A stretch of DNA of 64,000 nt from the NCBI RefSeq assembly GCF_037042905.1, contig NC_087245.1:6264001-6328000 (forward strand), given 5' to 3'. Position 1 is the stretch's first letter; every line of letters begins with the position of its first letter. Below are positions 1 through 13,251 of the stretch, piece after piece. Under the pieces are notes generated by a model, which ran no database searches, had not been told where the DNA came from, and saw only the letters and a list, made by a program, of their open reading frames with translations. This DNA comes from Lytechinus pictus (lineage: Eukaryota). A program made the position numbers and the translations under genes.

Positions 1-1701
1 CTCAGCTTGAAAAAAAAAGAGCCATCACTATATAGGCCTAGTGTATTAGTGATGACAGTGAAGCCTGTCAGGGAGAATCCTTAAGGACAGGCGATAACCT
101 TTCTATTCATTCATTTTGATCATTTCAATCCTTACAACAACTCGAATAAAGAATGTTCATCCAACCAATCAAAAGATTATTCATTTCCACCAAGGTTTCT
201 CAAACATTTCCCTCAATAAATTTGTAGAGATACTCTCCCTAAAGAATTAAAAGCCAGAGAACTATCCAGTTTTTCTTTTTATTTGTATGAAAACCTAACA
301 AATTCATGGAAAGCAAAACAAACTTCCATCATTTTACCAATAATTGCAGCATTTTTGACAACACAGTTCAATTGAGAGATTTATAATACATCATAGCAGG
401 CAGGGTTACTACAATACTTTTTTTTTTTTGGGGGGGGGGGAGGTGGGAGCATTTTAATGATGAATTAACTGAATACTGCATACCAGTAAGTACTCTAATT
501 TGCTAGGAAAGTGGGATTTTCGAATTTCACAACAGGGGTTAATTCAATTTTTTTTCTAGAGTAAAAAAAAAATTATCAAAATAAATCATTTGCATATTCT
601 TTTTTTTTTGTTTAGGTTTAGAGCCACTTCTCAAGCATAGAATGATTTGACAATTTTAGGATGTAAGGTTTGTCTTTGCTTTGGAATAACAAATCAATTC
701 ATTTGGAAGAAAATTCAATCCCAAATTTTACAAATATAGGATAAAAAAAAGGTTCACCTCACAACTTTGTAAAAGAATGTTACATGATGCTACATGTATG
801 ATAAGTAATCCTCTACCGAAGCTTTAGACATGCCTTAAGGGCCAATAGGCACAATATATTGGATGCATCTAGTCTGACTGATGAATATAGTGTATGTCCT
901 CTGAGCATAATCTAACCAATGCAGTGAGTTGTTATATACCACACAGAACCAGGATATTAAAATTCATTTTTCACATTTGACTTTGTGAAATAGTCATCAG
1001 GACAAATTAATATAAAAAATATTGACATTGGTGCTACTTGACCACCACATTTACAAACTAAATCACAGAGTAAACTCACAAAAAAGATCCTTCAGAAGTT
1101 GGATCAACCCAAGAAAATTTCCATCATCCTTTGAAATTTAGTATCCATGGCTGCTGAAGCACACGCTCATTTCATTGCCTGTAAAATTAGACATTTTGCA
1201 TTTCCAAAGCATCATATCATGATGCAAGCATACCGGTATAAGTAGTTTGAATAAGGAAATATATAATAGACTTCAAGCGTTGAACATTGAATCACCACAT
1301 TATATGATCATCAGTTTTTTTCCCCTCGATCCAACAAAATACATCAATCACATTTCTGCAACACAAGCTCCTTCTTTGCCTAACAACAATCACAGAAATC
1401 CAAGCTCTAGATGGATTAATCCATAACAAGAAAAGATACAATTGGAGTCACAAATGCAATCAACTTAACAAGGAAACATGAATGTAAAAAAAAGTGCTAT
1501 CAACATTGTGTGACAACAACAGAAGGCATATCAGATAAGATCAGGACTAAGGTTATGTAAACTTTCAGTTTTTCTGACCTATCAATCCAAACAGCAAAGT
1601 AGATCACTAAATAATTTGCAAGTGGTTTCACCTTAATGAAGCTATCACAATACAGGTAACACAATACCAGAGTTTTTCCTGTGCACTTTCATGTATCCTT
1701 G

Positions 1702-1846
1702 TTAGTTTGATGCCGCCAACGATTTCCTGAGTATGAGTATGTGTGTGTGAGTGTGACTGTGTTGCAAAATAGATTGATAGGTAGGACAAGATAGGACAGG
1801 TATGTCATCTGTTAATTCTGGTCGCTTTGCCAAACAGCTCTGTGGT
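1702..1846 (-). CDS. Candidate terminal coding exon (RPQSCLAKRPELTDDIP...LAASN*)
   Basis: Acceptor TGTTTTTGTCAG|; phase-2 entry gives ~48 open codons to TAA; followed by repeat-poor UTR-like sequence. Confidence 0.4.
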
Positions 1847-3041
1847 CTGACAAAAACAGCTAAACCATCAGAATTCATGACAGTTCAATTAGCATTGTAA
1901 TATGATGCCTCTCTGTTCCATCCCGTTAGCATTATGTCACACACACGAACCAGTACACAAAGGGGCTGTGCACCACAGTGCAGATCAATACAATGCTTGT
2001 TGTATGAACAGTGGGAACAGAAGTGTGTAATCTCACATCTGTTCATTTTCTAGGGGTTGGTGTTAAGCCGCAAGATCTATGCGTCATATCTCAAGTTTTG
2101 AATATAAAATGAAGCCTTCATGCTCTGAAGATATCAACACAGCCATATCACTATAATCAAAACGTTAATACTATGTGCAAACATATCAAATTATAATGCT
2201 TGACATAGGGTACACGTTTCAAGGAAGATATACAAAGGAATTTGTTAAGAAAACTGTGTTTTTCATTGGAACAAGGTGATCAAATAGCAAAATATTTTCT
2301 AATATTTATAATTCACAACTATTATCCAAAGTGAACATATCACTTAAATCCACACAGATGAACAACCTTTTGAAGGGGTGCAAGAAAGTTTTTTTTTTAA
2401 ATTAAGTGTCAGACACTCATAAATAGTTAATCACACAATATTTTATATCCAAACTGGTTGGACTTTCTGCCGTTTTTTTAAGACGAGGCTCTTTATGTAG
2501 TTCTGATAGGCTTTTAGCATTCAGGTATTTAAAGGACAGAAATAAAAATCAGTAAAGCACCTAAAATATGAATTTTAACAAGGAACAAAGTTTTAACATA
2601 CAACAGATGCGACTGCTGTTCAAGACAAAGAAACTAGATACACTTTCTGACCCATCTGCCTCATGCAAACACCAGTTTATATATCCATGAACCTACTAGG
2701 CCCACAGTACATCAAACACAAGTTCCACTGAAACCTAACCATTTTCAAAAGTACCTGACTTCTAACGGCTTAAACTCATTTTTTTCCCTTTAAAGTACTG
2801 CATACAAATACACATACAGTGTATGCTTTGCCAAAAAATGCATGGACTTTGTTGCAATACTAATGTAAATTTGTATTAAAAGAGAAAAAAGCTGGTATCC
2901 CCTATAAAGGTCATTTACAAAGTGATCAAAACAATGGAAATATTTTCCATGCTACATTACACAATTGCACAATACTGACAATAGCATCAAACTTGTTTGA
3001 AAAAAACAAAAACAGAGAAAGACAATGCATAACCTCATGAC

Positions 3042-4641
3042 CAACGAACGTAGAGGGCAGCAACACACAAGCGTGTTGCTATTAGGAAGGTCCACTCGAT
3101 ACGCGCATACAAATGAAGTGCGCGAGCAATTTGGTAGTCATGCCAACGAAACCATGATCCGATACAATACACTCACGGAGTGACAGCAAAATATAGGTAA
3201 ACTAATAGATTATGACAATAGTAGATTAAAACAATGAAAACAAAAAATATATAAAAAATTAAATAATAATGTACCAAATTCTTAAAATAATATATCTCTA
3301 AATTATTGTCACAATTTTTTTGTACATCTTCAGTAAAACAGGATTAAATTCTGTCATAAATAAACCAGTCTGCTAATTTCACCCGGATTTAGCCAAGTCA
3401 TTTTGTGACCACCGAAAACCTCTCAGAGCACTTTTTTAGTAGATTGTAGAGTTGATTTATTTTCATTTCCTCTTTATCATTATTTTTGCTTGAAATGTTT
3501 TTACATTAAATATCATGCTTAAAAATATGAAATACTTGTTCCTGTATTTTTCGTAAAATATTACATGGTGGTGACAACAGTTTTATGACTTTGCATATCA
3601 ATATGATAACAAGTATACGTGAGGTTGATACGTCTTCATCTAAATTTCGCTGCATCATAATGCGCCTACACAATCCAGCACCGCCTCTTATACAAGCGCC
3701 ATGGCTGGCATGACCGCGCCGGCGCCCCGGGCCGGTCGGTGCTGAGGTAGGGTACGGTGGGCTGCATGCATATGCTAACACAAATTTTTGTAAAATTATG
3801 AAATGAAAAAAGTAGATGTGACATAGACTTTCGCCCCTTGATAGTTCGTCTCAAGTCAAGACCCGTCGGAATATACATAGCTCGATAATGAACCAGACAA
3901 TTGCTGTCTAATATTATGTTGGCTTGGTTTTGGACTTGGCTTTGCTGTTTAGTGGTCGTATTCGATCTTGCCTGATGGATTGCAAAATGTGGGTTGGATT
4001 TGTGGATATAGCATAATTATTTTAGATTTTCAGACTACAATCTACACTCTAAGTGAAAATTAAAATTCTAACCTTGAATATTTATCGTTGCTCATCCGCC
4101 ATAGTGCCACATCAATGACAGACCAAGTCTATATCTTTCAAGTCCATATCTAGCTAAGTCGAGTCACTTCGAGATTATCATGCCAGTGCAGTGCAGTCAG
4201 CATTATCATTCACGCAGCGCAGTACGCGCACCGAGGTACAGGTGACCGGGGAAGTTTCGGCGCGGCCAGACCAGAACATCACGGTCTTGGCTCTGGCGTT
4301 AGCTTGTGTAGATTTGGTAGGGGCAGCGAAATTAAGCAGAAGAACGGTAACACAAATGTCATCAGTCTATGTATTTTTATTGCCTTGTAAACTACAAGAA
4401 TCATGATTACCTTTTATTTTACAATTTTTAAAAAATACAAATATTCTAAAATGATATTATTTAACATATTTTCTTGGAGGTTTTATTATCAATAATAAAT
4501 AGTAAAATTGAACAAACGAAAAAAAATCAACTCTACAATCTTCCAAAAAAGTGCTCTGGGAGAAAATGGTCACAAAATCTGAGTGGAGTGGACCTTCCTA
4601 AAAGCAATACTGCAAAGTGTTGCTGCCCTCTACGTTCGTTG
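3042..4641. mobile_element. Non-autonomous DNA transposon with 8-bp TSD (P- or hAT-like)
   Basis: Perfect 25-bp TIR CAACGAACGTAGAGGGCAGCAACAC; TSD CTCATGAC at 3034-3041 and 4642-4649. Confidence 0.9.
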
Positions 4642-4726
4642 CTCATGACTATGGGAAGGCCTTGTGTGAGAGCAGGATCAAGGTTGATAAAACTAAGATT
4701 GTGGATTAGAAAGAGTGAAAGGAAGA

Positions 4727-4745
4727 TTATGGGTTTGGTGAAGAT
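4727..4745 (-). CDS. Alternative candidate terminal exon (RSSPNP*)
   Basis: TATTCAG| acceptor in matching phase 2; weak pyrimidine tract. Confidence 0.25.
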
Positions 4746-6016
4746 CTGAATATATATTCCCTGCTATGATTTCACAAGTGAAATTTAATGTTTTCTACAT
4801 GTAGGTACAGTATCTTTTTTTTTTAAAGAAAAAAATAGTATGGGTATTGCCCAGTACCCCCCCCCCCCCTTTCTGTCTCTCTCTGCCAAAATTTGAAGGG
4901 GGATGTTCAAATAATTCATAACTACAGAAGACATTAGATAATGCAGTTTTAATAACTGGGCAAGAAAAGAAAATCAATCATGTTTCAGACTGGGCATATA
5001 ATTACCGATATAAATAACTATTCTTTAAAAAAAAACAGATCACACTTTCTGATCTAATCCCATTAAACTGTAAATGGGTTCTCTGAAAAATAATATGATT
5101 TGAACAGATAAAGACAAAAATAGACAACCAATCACCAAATATTTGATCAAAATGGGACCTGGAATAACAAGTAATGATATTTTCAAGATTTGCATGTCTT
5201 TATGAATATTCAAAGAGTAAAAAATTAATTAATGATGTCCCATCCCCACTTGTTCTTTTGTATTTTATTGCAAGAAAATATCTTTATTCAAATTTTGCTC
5301 TTCAAGAATTAAAAAAAGGACTGAAAACTGATTAAATACACTCAATATTCATTGCTGCAACTTATTTTATATAAGGTAGACAAAACATAAACATGTATGA
5401 AAATATGAATTACTTATGATTTCATGTAATAGCATAAGAAAAAAAAGAGGGGATATGATATCAGCAGCTCTTCTAATGAATACTCAAGACAACATGCATA
5501 TACATGTACTTGTAACTGTTTTCACAAAATACTGCTTACTTAATTTAAAAATTCAACTAGAACTTTTACTGAAGGTGTTTAATATCCCCGCTGTATGCCA
5601 TTACCATGGCAAGTTTCCAACACATGAAAAAAAAATGTCTTGCCTAATTTCACCCCAAGACCAATGTGTAAGCTAAATATCATGATAATTGCTTAAAACC
5701 AGATGAAGTAGTTAAAACTGCAAGATTTTTGCCTAATTTTTGACATATAATATGTTGTTACCATGGCAGCACGATTTTCGACAGATGGAAAAATACATTT
5801 ATGTCGTGCACATCTTTACTTCAAAACCAATGTGTGAGCCAAATCTCATGGGAATTCTGAAGAAGTATTACGAACCGCAGGATTTTACCTAATTTTGTTA
5901 CCATGGCAACACAATGTCTGACACACACAAAATATGTCTCCCACATCTTTACCTCAAAACCGATGTTGATGAAGTAATTCAAACCAAAACATTTTTACCC
6001 AATTTTCGCCATTTAA

Positions 6017-6590
6017 GGCCGTTCCAGTTGTGTTTGTGCGCATTATGATCTGCACATATTTTATGCTATGCGCATTAACGTCACAAAAGATTAACAAGTG
6101 ATTAATCAGCTTTAAATATCAGCTGATTTATCACATGACCTGCATTCTAAATGAAGATCTGATGAATTTCTTATAGAAATTTCATTTTTTTTATGATTAT
6201 GTTTTTGTCATCTTTCACACCATTTGAAAGAAATGAGGGTGCTCTTAGCCTAAAAAGGGCATACAAATTGCAATATGAATGAATTATACATTTTCAGTAT
6301 ACAATTCGGAACTATACTGTAAAATTCGATATAATTTACATGGACATTGACTCAGTAACAAAGGTTTTACCTCAACGTAGTGATCTCATGGGGTCTAAAA
6401 ATGCCAAGTTCCTTTAAATGCGCAATTTTTGAGAACTTCCAATTGGGTGAACTTTAAAGCTCAATAGCAAGAAATCAAGCACAAGAACCCCATGTAAATT
6501 TTTGCATCTTTGAAGTATTAAGGAGCTAAAGTAACTGTGTGCAAAATTTGATGAAAATGACATGGATTTCATTTTAACTGTGGAACATCA
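6017..6590. mobile_element. Decayed TTAA-targeting MITE
   Basis: TTAA-GGCCGTTCCAGTT ... AACTGTGGAACATC imperfect TIRs; interrupts the HINE repeat array. Confidence 0.45.
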
Positions 6591-6596
6591 TAATAA

Positions 6597-7006
6597 AGAT
6601 GTATGTAAATACCAGTTGCAGTAATGACCTGAAAATGAATTCGAACAGAATCCAATAAAATGACCACCAACATGTTTGTACATGTATGTATAAATAATAA
6701 AAATATGTGCCAATTAGCTCTGGAAAAATGTGAAATTGCTGAGAAATAAACAAAATTAAGCACCGAATTCCATAAAAATGTCGGGTATTTTTCCAAGCAA
6801 TATTAATAAACTGTCCCACATATGCCTTTTTGTGTTAGTTACATGTATCATCAGAATTATCAGTTTTCAGCTAAGATTTCATGATTTCACAAAGATGAGT
6901 TGATTTCAGTGTACCAGACCTAGATCTATGATATTTTGGTAATTAATCTTGATTTGAAAAGCTTTCTCATGAAAGAAGCGTTTGCTGCAATTACTTTCTT
7001 TTACCT
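6597..7006 (-). mobile_element. Kolobok-like MITE, same family as 44808-45197
   Basis: Reverse-complement similarity to 44808-45197 along its length; ends TTACCT-TTAA. Confidence 0.75.
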
Positions 7007-7865
7007 TTAATAGGTCATTACCATGGGGACAACATGATTTCTGACATGCACAATATGTCATGCACATCTTTACCTCAAGACCTAATGTGTGTCAAATATC
7101 ATGAGAATTGCTTAAAAACTGAGAAAGAAGTTCGATGCGATTTGCATTGAACCGACCAATAGACCGACTGACCGTACACTGGTTCCTATAAGCCTATATC
7201 TCCTTCAAACTTTGTTTGGCGGGGGGTATAATTTCATCAGATTTCGAAAAAAAAATTCAACATTTTCCCTACTCTATTTATTTAGGAATGATCATAAAAC
7301 TGGAGTATCCCTTTTTTCATGTCTTCTGGTACTATTAAGTGTAAGAATGCCAGATATTTTCCAAATGTAATAATAATCATTTTAAAGAATAAGCAGAAAA
7401 GAAATCAGTGAAAAATAACATCTATCGATCAAGCTATGCCACAGCGAGCCATTCCTTCCTAACTCCCTCTATTCATCCATCTACATGTATATCCATCCAC
7501 CCATCCCCTGATCAATAAAAAATATATATTTTTCACTCATTCATCCATCCAAGTCTGTCACTCACACACTTCTCGACCACAATCATTCTATCTTTGAAAT
7601 GCACATCATGTCAATAAACTTCCCAATTTACATTTTCTAGAGTAATATGAATTTAAAGGTGATTCAACCAAAAGGAAATATATATATATATACTAGACAC
7701 AGAGAGAATGAGAACAAGTTTGAAATTTAAAAAAAATGGTAAGGAAAGAACAAGAAACAGTGGGAAAATGTTTATTGAGAGTAAAAGAATAAGAAAAAGA
7801 ATAACTACATAGATATAAAACAAATGAATGTAACAAATGAATGAAAAACTCAAGTGAATACAAAC

Positions 7866-8036
7866 CTAGAATAAGAGTGTCCACTTGTATCAGTATCAGA
7901 CGAATCTGAAACATTGCTCATCCCCATCTGTAAAAGATTCTGGCGCCGCCGATGGGTAGTGTGCTGCTGCTGACGATGCTGAGTAGCTAAGGCAATCAGA
8001 TCACTGTTTGTCATACGACGATGAAGCGGCTTATCT
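7866..8036 (-). CDS. Coding exon, 171 bp, phase 2-2 (DKPLHRRMTNSDLIALA...SDSSDTDTSGHSYS)
   Basis: Acceptor GTTCAG| at 8037; phase 2 matches previous donor; candidate donor TAG|GTTTGT, otherwise read-through to the stop at 7850. Confidence 0.75.
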
Positions 8037-8210
8037 CTGAACATCACAATGAATATTCATGAGCAGAGACAAAGAAAATTTTGATACATGTAAATGATTA
8101 CAATGTAAGACTGATTGATTCAAGTTCATGAGAAAAAATAAAACTGCATGAATTTACTTTATCTAAAAATAAATCAGCAACTACTGTTAATCTGCAAAAG
8201 ATGTACTTAA

Positions 8211-8778
8211 AGGTCAAGTCCACCCCAGAAAAAATGTTGATTTGAATAAATAGAGAAAAATCAAACTAGCATAATGCTGAAAATTTCATCAAAATCGGAT
8301 GTAAAATAGGAAAGTTATGACAACTCAGTGACATGCAAATGAGTCAGTTGATGATGTCCATCACTCACTATTTCTTTTGTTTTTTATTGTTTGAATTATA
8401 CGAAATTTCATTTTTTTTTACAGATTTGACCATAAGGACTAAACTTGACTGAACCAAATAGTATTAAACAATGCTATTAAATTCCACATGTTCAGGGAGG
8501 AATTAATCGCTGTTTCACTTGACAATGTGGAGAAAATTTGAATATTTCATATTTCATATAATAAAATACACAAGAAATAGTGAGTGGATGACATAATCAG
8601 TCTCCTCATTTGCATACCGACCAGGATGTGTATATAACTGTTTTGTGAAATTAAGCGAAACTTTAAAATGTCATAACTCTCTTATTTTCCATCCGATTTT
8701 GATGAAATTTTTAATGTTATGCTTGTTCGATTTTCTCTTTTTATTCAAATCAACTGTTTGTTGGGACGGACTTGTCCT
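8211..8778. mobile_element. Kolobok-like palindromic MITE family A
   Basis: TTAA TSD both sides; termini AGGTCAAGTCC / GGACTTGTCCT; long imperfect TIRs; at least 7 copies in the window. Confidence 0.9.
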
Positions 8779-9063
8779 TTAAAGCACTGTAAAATTGCAG
8801 AACCCTGGGTTATCATTCAAAACTTTTCTTCCTGTAAGAAGAACACATGGGTGAAGAGTGGCAGATGTAAAACTGTGCCTTGCCATAAAGTCCATTAATA
8901 AGTCTACAAAACAACGACACCTATTGAAAGCAAATCATGCAGCTATTATAGCGAAATTTGAAGAAAAAAACAGAGATAAATAACTCTTGATTGCAGAATG
9001 TAAGAGTTGACATTAAATACACAATGGTCAGGCTCTCTTCTCATTAAGTGCATGAATGTGTAC

Positions 9064-10265
9064 CCGGGGGGGGGGGGGGGGGTACTCGAATTATAATACA
9101 TACCTAAGTGCCGCGCCAACTTAAATAGGGGGCTCTGGAACTAAATCTTGGTCTTAAAACGGGGGTCTCCGGAATGGCTCTTTGATCAACGATTGCTAAA
9201 AATGCAATGCTCTGGAATGGACTACATATGTAAATAAAACATGGGTCTCCGGAACTCATAGATCGTAGGCGCAAAACGCGCGCGCGTCTTGCTAGATTCA
9301 TATCGGGCCAGCGCAAGTTAGCTGCAGGCGCGGGGGGAGCTTCGGCGGGCCGACGTGGCTCCGCGCTGATCGAGCTCGCGCCGCCAGTGCCAGCACTCTG
9401 GGGGGGGGGGGTACTCGAATTATAATACATACCTAAGTGCCGCGCCAACTTAAATAGGGGGCTCTGGAACTAAATCTTGGTCTTAAAACGGGGGTCTCCG
9501 GAATGGCTCTTTGATCAACGATTGCTAAAAATGCAATGCTCTGGAATGGACTACATATGTAAATAAAACGTGGGTCTCCGGAACTCATAGATCGTAGGCG
9601 CAAAACGCGCGCGCGTCTTGCTAGATTCATATCGGGCCAGCGCAAGTTAGCTGCAGGCGCGGGGGGAGCTTCGGCGGGCCGACGTGGCTCCGCGCTGATC
9701 GAGCTCGCGCCGCCAGTGCCAGCACTCTGGGGGGGGGGGGGGTACTCGAATTATAATACATACCTAAGTGCCGCGCCAACTTAAATAGGGGGCTCTGGAA
9801 CTAAATCTTGGTCTTAAAACGGGGGTCTCCGGAATGGCTCTTTGATCAACGATTGCTAAAAATGCAATGCTCTGGAATGGACTACATATGTAAATAAAAC
9901 GTGGGTCTCCGGAACTCATAGATCGTAGGCGCAAAACGCGCGCGCGTCTTGCTAGATTCATATCGGGTTAGCGCAAGTTAGCTGCAGGCGCGGGGGGAGC
10001 TTCGGCGGGCCGACGTGGCTCCGCGCTGATCGAGCTCGCGCCGCCAGCGCTCTGACCGGCTGAGTAGATCACAACGGGCGCTCTCTCAGTCTCTGGAGCG
10101 AGAAATCACAAATTCGAGGGTCTCCGGAACGGGAAAAAATTGAAATTTCTATGGTTTTCTGAATTGGTGATGCTCTGGAACGGATATTTAGGCTGAAAAT
10201 GGGGGTCTCAACCGCGGCACATATGTATCATACATTTATACTGAGTACCCCCCCCCCCCCCCCGG
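9064..10265. mobile_element. GC-rich DNA element with CCGG-polyG-TACTC termini and a triplicated left end
   Basis: TIR CCGG(G)nTACTC / GAGTA(C)nGG; 7-bp direct repeat TGTGTAC at 9057-9063 and 10266-10272; three ~330-bp units starting ~9083, 9412, 9743. Confidence 0.85.
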
Positions 10266-11137
10266 TGTGTACCTTCTCTATGCCCTTACTTACAACTAGC
10301 ATATCTGTTTTGTACTCTTTCATTATAAACATTACTGACTGAAACACAGTGCTATCTGTTTTCTATACATTGCATCTACACAAATATAACATCAATCCAA
10401 ATTGAAAGTAAAAGGAATCTTCAATGAGAAATCTTATCCATCACCGGAAAAAAAAATTCAATAATTAATGCAGCAGCATGTATCCAACCCTCATTTTAAA
10501 ACGAGCTCATGTAACACTCTATTTCATCTCTATCCACACCACAGTATGTTATTACTGCTTAATGCACTCAGGAAAGCAGTTCCAATCCCTCATAATACTG
10601 TTGAATCAAGACATAATTCATATGATCAATCTGATTCCCTCGATTTAAGCTCAAGTATTATTGGAAGATTTCATGCTATATTTAACTGCACACAATTTAA
10701 TTAGAAGAAAAGAACCTTTGGCTAGCATATAATTCCAGCCCCCCCCCCAAAAAAAAAAAAGTGAAAGAAGTCTTTTTTGAAGGAGAGGGGATTGGATTTT
10801 CATTTTACATTTGTTTCAAGGCAACAACAGGTTTGGTGCTAAAGTTTTGATCTCTCCTAAGATTAAATCTCACTACACCAATATGCATGTACATGCAGAG
10901 ATAACTGCATCCATTTGTCACCAAAATTATTTATGAACCGTATTAAGAGTAGAATACTGCTATCATATCCTTTAGGTGTTGGTTGCAACTCTCTTGTACA
11001 AACAAAACTCTAAATTTATCTAGATTATTTGCATTGCTTTAACTTAACGAAATGAAGCATACAGTAGAATAACGATTTAATTGCATGAGTTTTTTAAAAG
11101 TGATAGTTGATGCGCTAACAAGTCCGAATAGCCTTAC

Positions 11138-11255
11138 TTATTTGGAATCGGAAGTGTATCTTGCATCTGAACAGAGCCCTCTGTTGGTGAACTCCTTCCA
11201 TCTTGAGAAGGTGAAACAGATGAGGATCCATGATAGGCTTTCTCCTTGACCAGCC
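11138..11255 (-). CDS. Coding exon, 118 bp, phase 1-2 (GLVKEKAYHGSSSVSPSQDGRSSPTEG...PIPN)
   Basis: Acceptor TTTCCTTTGTTTTTTCCAG|, donor TAA|GTAAGG; open in the frame inherited from the 26372 exon. Confidence 0.75.
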
Positions 11256-12129
11256 CTGGAAAAAACAAAGGAAAACCATCACACTGAAACTATCATTAGT
11301 ATTTAATTTTCTTTTTTATAAATAGAAGTTCTAATAACTCTTGCTGGTACCTTTTCAAACTATCCCAATTGGATAAAAATAGAATTTCATTATTTTCACT
11401 TGTAATTCAATGAATTTCAGCAGAAAATTTCAAACTATCCAAATATCCAAATCACTTGTACTTATATGTACATGCACATTAATATATCTGAATAATTTAT
11501 TTTCATTTCTAAATTCTGGGAAGTGTGTTACTTTAATTCAGTTCGTAACTTGACATTTAAGCAGTGCTCAATGCGAATGCAACCTGGTAAAACTAAAGTT
11601 TAGAGATGAATATATGCACATGAACAAACATAACAAATAATCACTGTAAATTTAATTGTGTTTGAATTCCCATCTATGAATGTGAAGTACAAAATTGAGA
11701 CAAGGTGCTAAACATGTAAAACACATTATTACATATGTAGTTGTACCTGCTTGGCATGGGAGTCTTATGCTCTTCCACAAATAATTCTGAATGATAAAAA
11801 TAAGTCTGCATCGTGTTGTCAAGCAATGAACACATACTGGCTGGTGACGCTTTCTAGAGAGTACTAGCAATCTCCGGCGCTTGAGACGCAGTCGGTCAAT
11901 TTTTTTTACAGTTTGGTTGGGAGTATATTGCCCCAAGAACAACACCATCTGTTGAGTATTCCAAGGCCATGGTAGACATGCCTTTATGTCTGTATATTCC
12001 ATTCACGTATATCCATGGGAAGGCTTCCAGTGGTCTTAACTACATTTTAAAAGTGTTCAAGATGATGCCAATTTATTACCAGAATCAGTGCATAATCCAT
12101 CAGGGAAAAACCAAAAAAGAGACACTTGT

Positions 12130-12226
12130 GTTGTCATAGAAACCTGTCAGATAACAAAAGCTACTTTGATATGTCTTTCCTCAAGATGAAAAATGTATTA
12201 GATCACATTCAGGTCGCTATGGAAAC
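12130..12226. promoter_or_regulatory. Pair of RFX X-box-like motifs
   Basis: GTTGTCATAGAAAC (12130-12143) and GTCGCTATGGAAAC (12213-12226). Confidence 0.4.
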
Positions 12227-13251
12227 TGAAGAGGGAGATTGTAATTGATTCTCAGGACTATGGCTTTGAACAATGTCCTGTCATTGAAGATTACCTCATA
12301 AAAACTCTTCTGTTTTTCTCATTTAAACACAAAGATAGCATCATCATTTCATAATGTGACAACATTGTACTTTTAAATGAAAGTAATGACTCCTAGTGAA
12401 AAGACATGCAAGCAGTAATAATCATTAATTCCATCACAAAAAGAATAAAACAGACTGCAATAAGTCTTTCACAAATAATATGTTCCTATCTACTATTGAT
12501 TAGCTAACAGCTGATTACAATGCTCTTTCCATATTAGATTTTTTATTCAATGTTCCAAGTTTTCCAGAAAGACAGTGAACTATTAATGGAAAGTTTTTCA
12601 TTGTTAAGTTTACACAGAGGTCCACTGGTCACTTCAATACTAGTGGATTGTATCATCTTTTGTTCCTAATAAGACCATCATATCAACATCTCAAAACTTA
12701 ATTATGAAGTGCACCTAAGCCCATTCAAAGTGTCACAAAAATGATATCTATAATAAAAGCAGAATGTAACTGGCTAAAAAATAAAAAGATTTTGACACTT
12801 CTTCCAACTGCAATGTAACAGCTGTAGGTACATGTAGGTCCTTCCTCCTGTGGTAACATCTTCTGGAATCTATCATCACAAGCATGACTTTCATGACTTT
12901 GCAATCTGAAAAGGGTAACCTAAAAAAAAAGCTCTTCCAGGAATAAATCCAACAGATCCAGTTGATACCATATACAGGAGTGGAAGTACTCAAACCATGC
13001 ACCATCATAATTCAACCTTGATAACCACAAGAGACTGACACACTGGTAGAACAACACAGTATTCAACACAAATTTGATTCTATGTCAACTCATGCATTCT
13101 AGGGACTGGCCATCAAGATTGTAATATACTAAAGTTAAACCACATGATTTATTGATCTCTGAAGTTTTTACAGTGAATTATAATCTTCATGTTACACAAA
13201 TCAAATCCTATAGGTTTAGAGCTGGCTCACTGATTCAAAGTAAGATGTTAA

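Larger units (their letters stand above)
5556..7230 (-). mobile_element. Helentron/HINE-like element with internal tandem repeats, interrupted by two MITEs
   Basis: CTAG terminus at 5557-5560; subTIRs ATATCCCCGC and GCGGGGGGTATA; ACCG-type microsatellite ~7150-7175; repeat units at ~5604, 5761, 5901, 7021. Confidence 0.6.

Noticed and set aside
9104..9961. Three near-identical minus-strand ORFs
   Set aside because: By-products of the triplicated GC-rich transposon end; no splice or domain support
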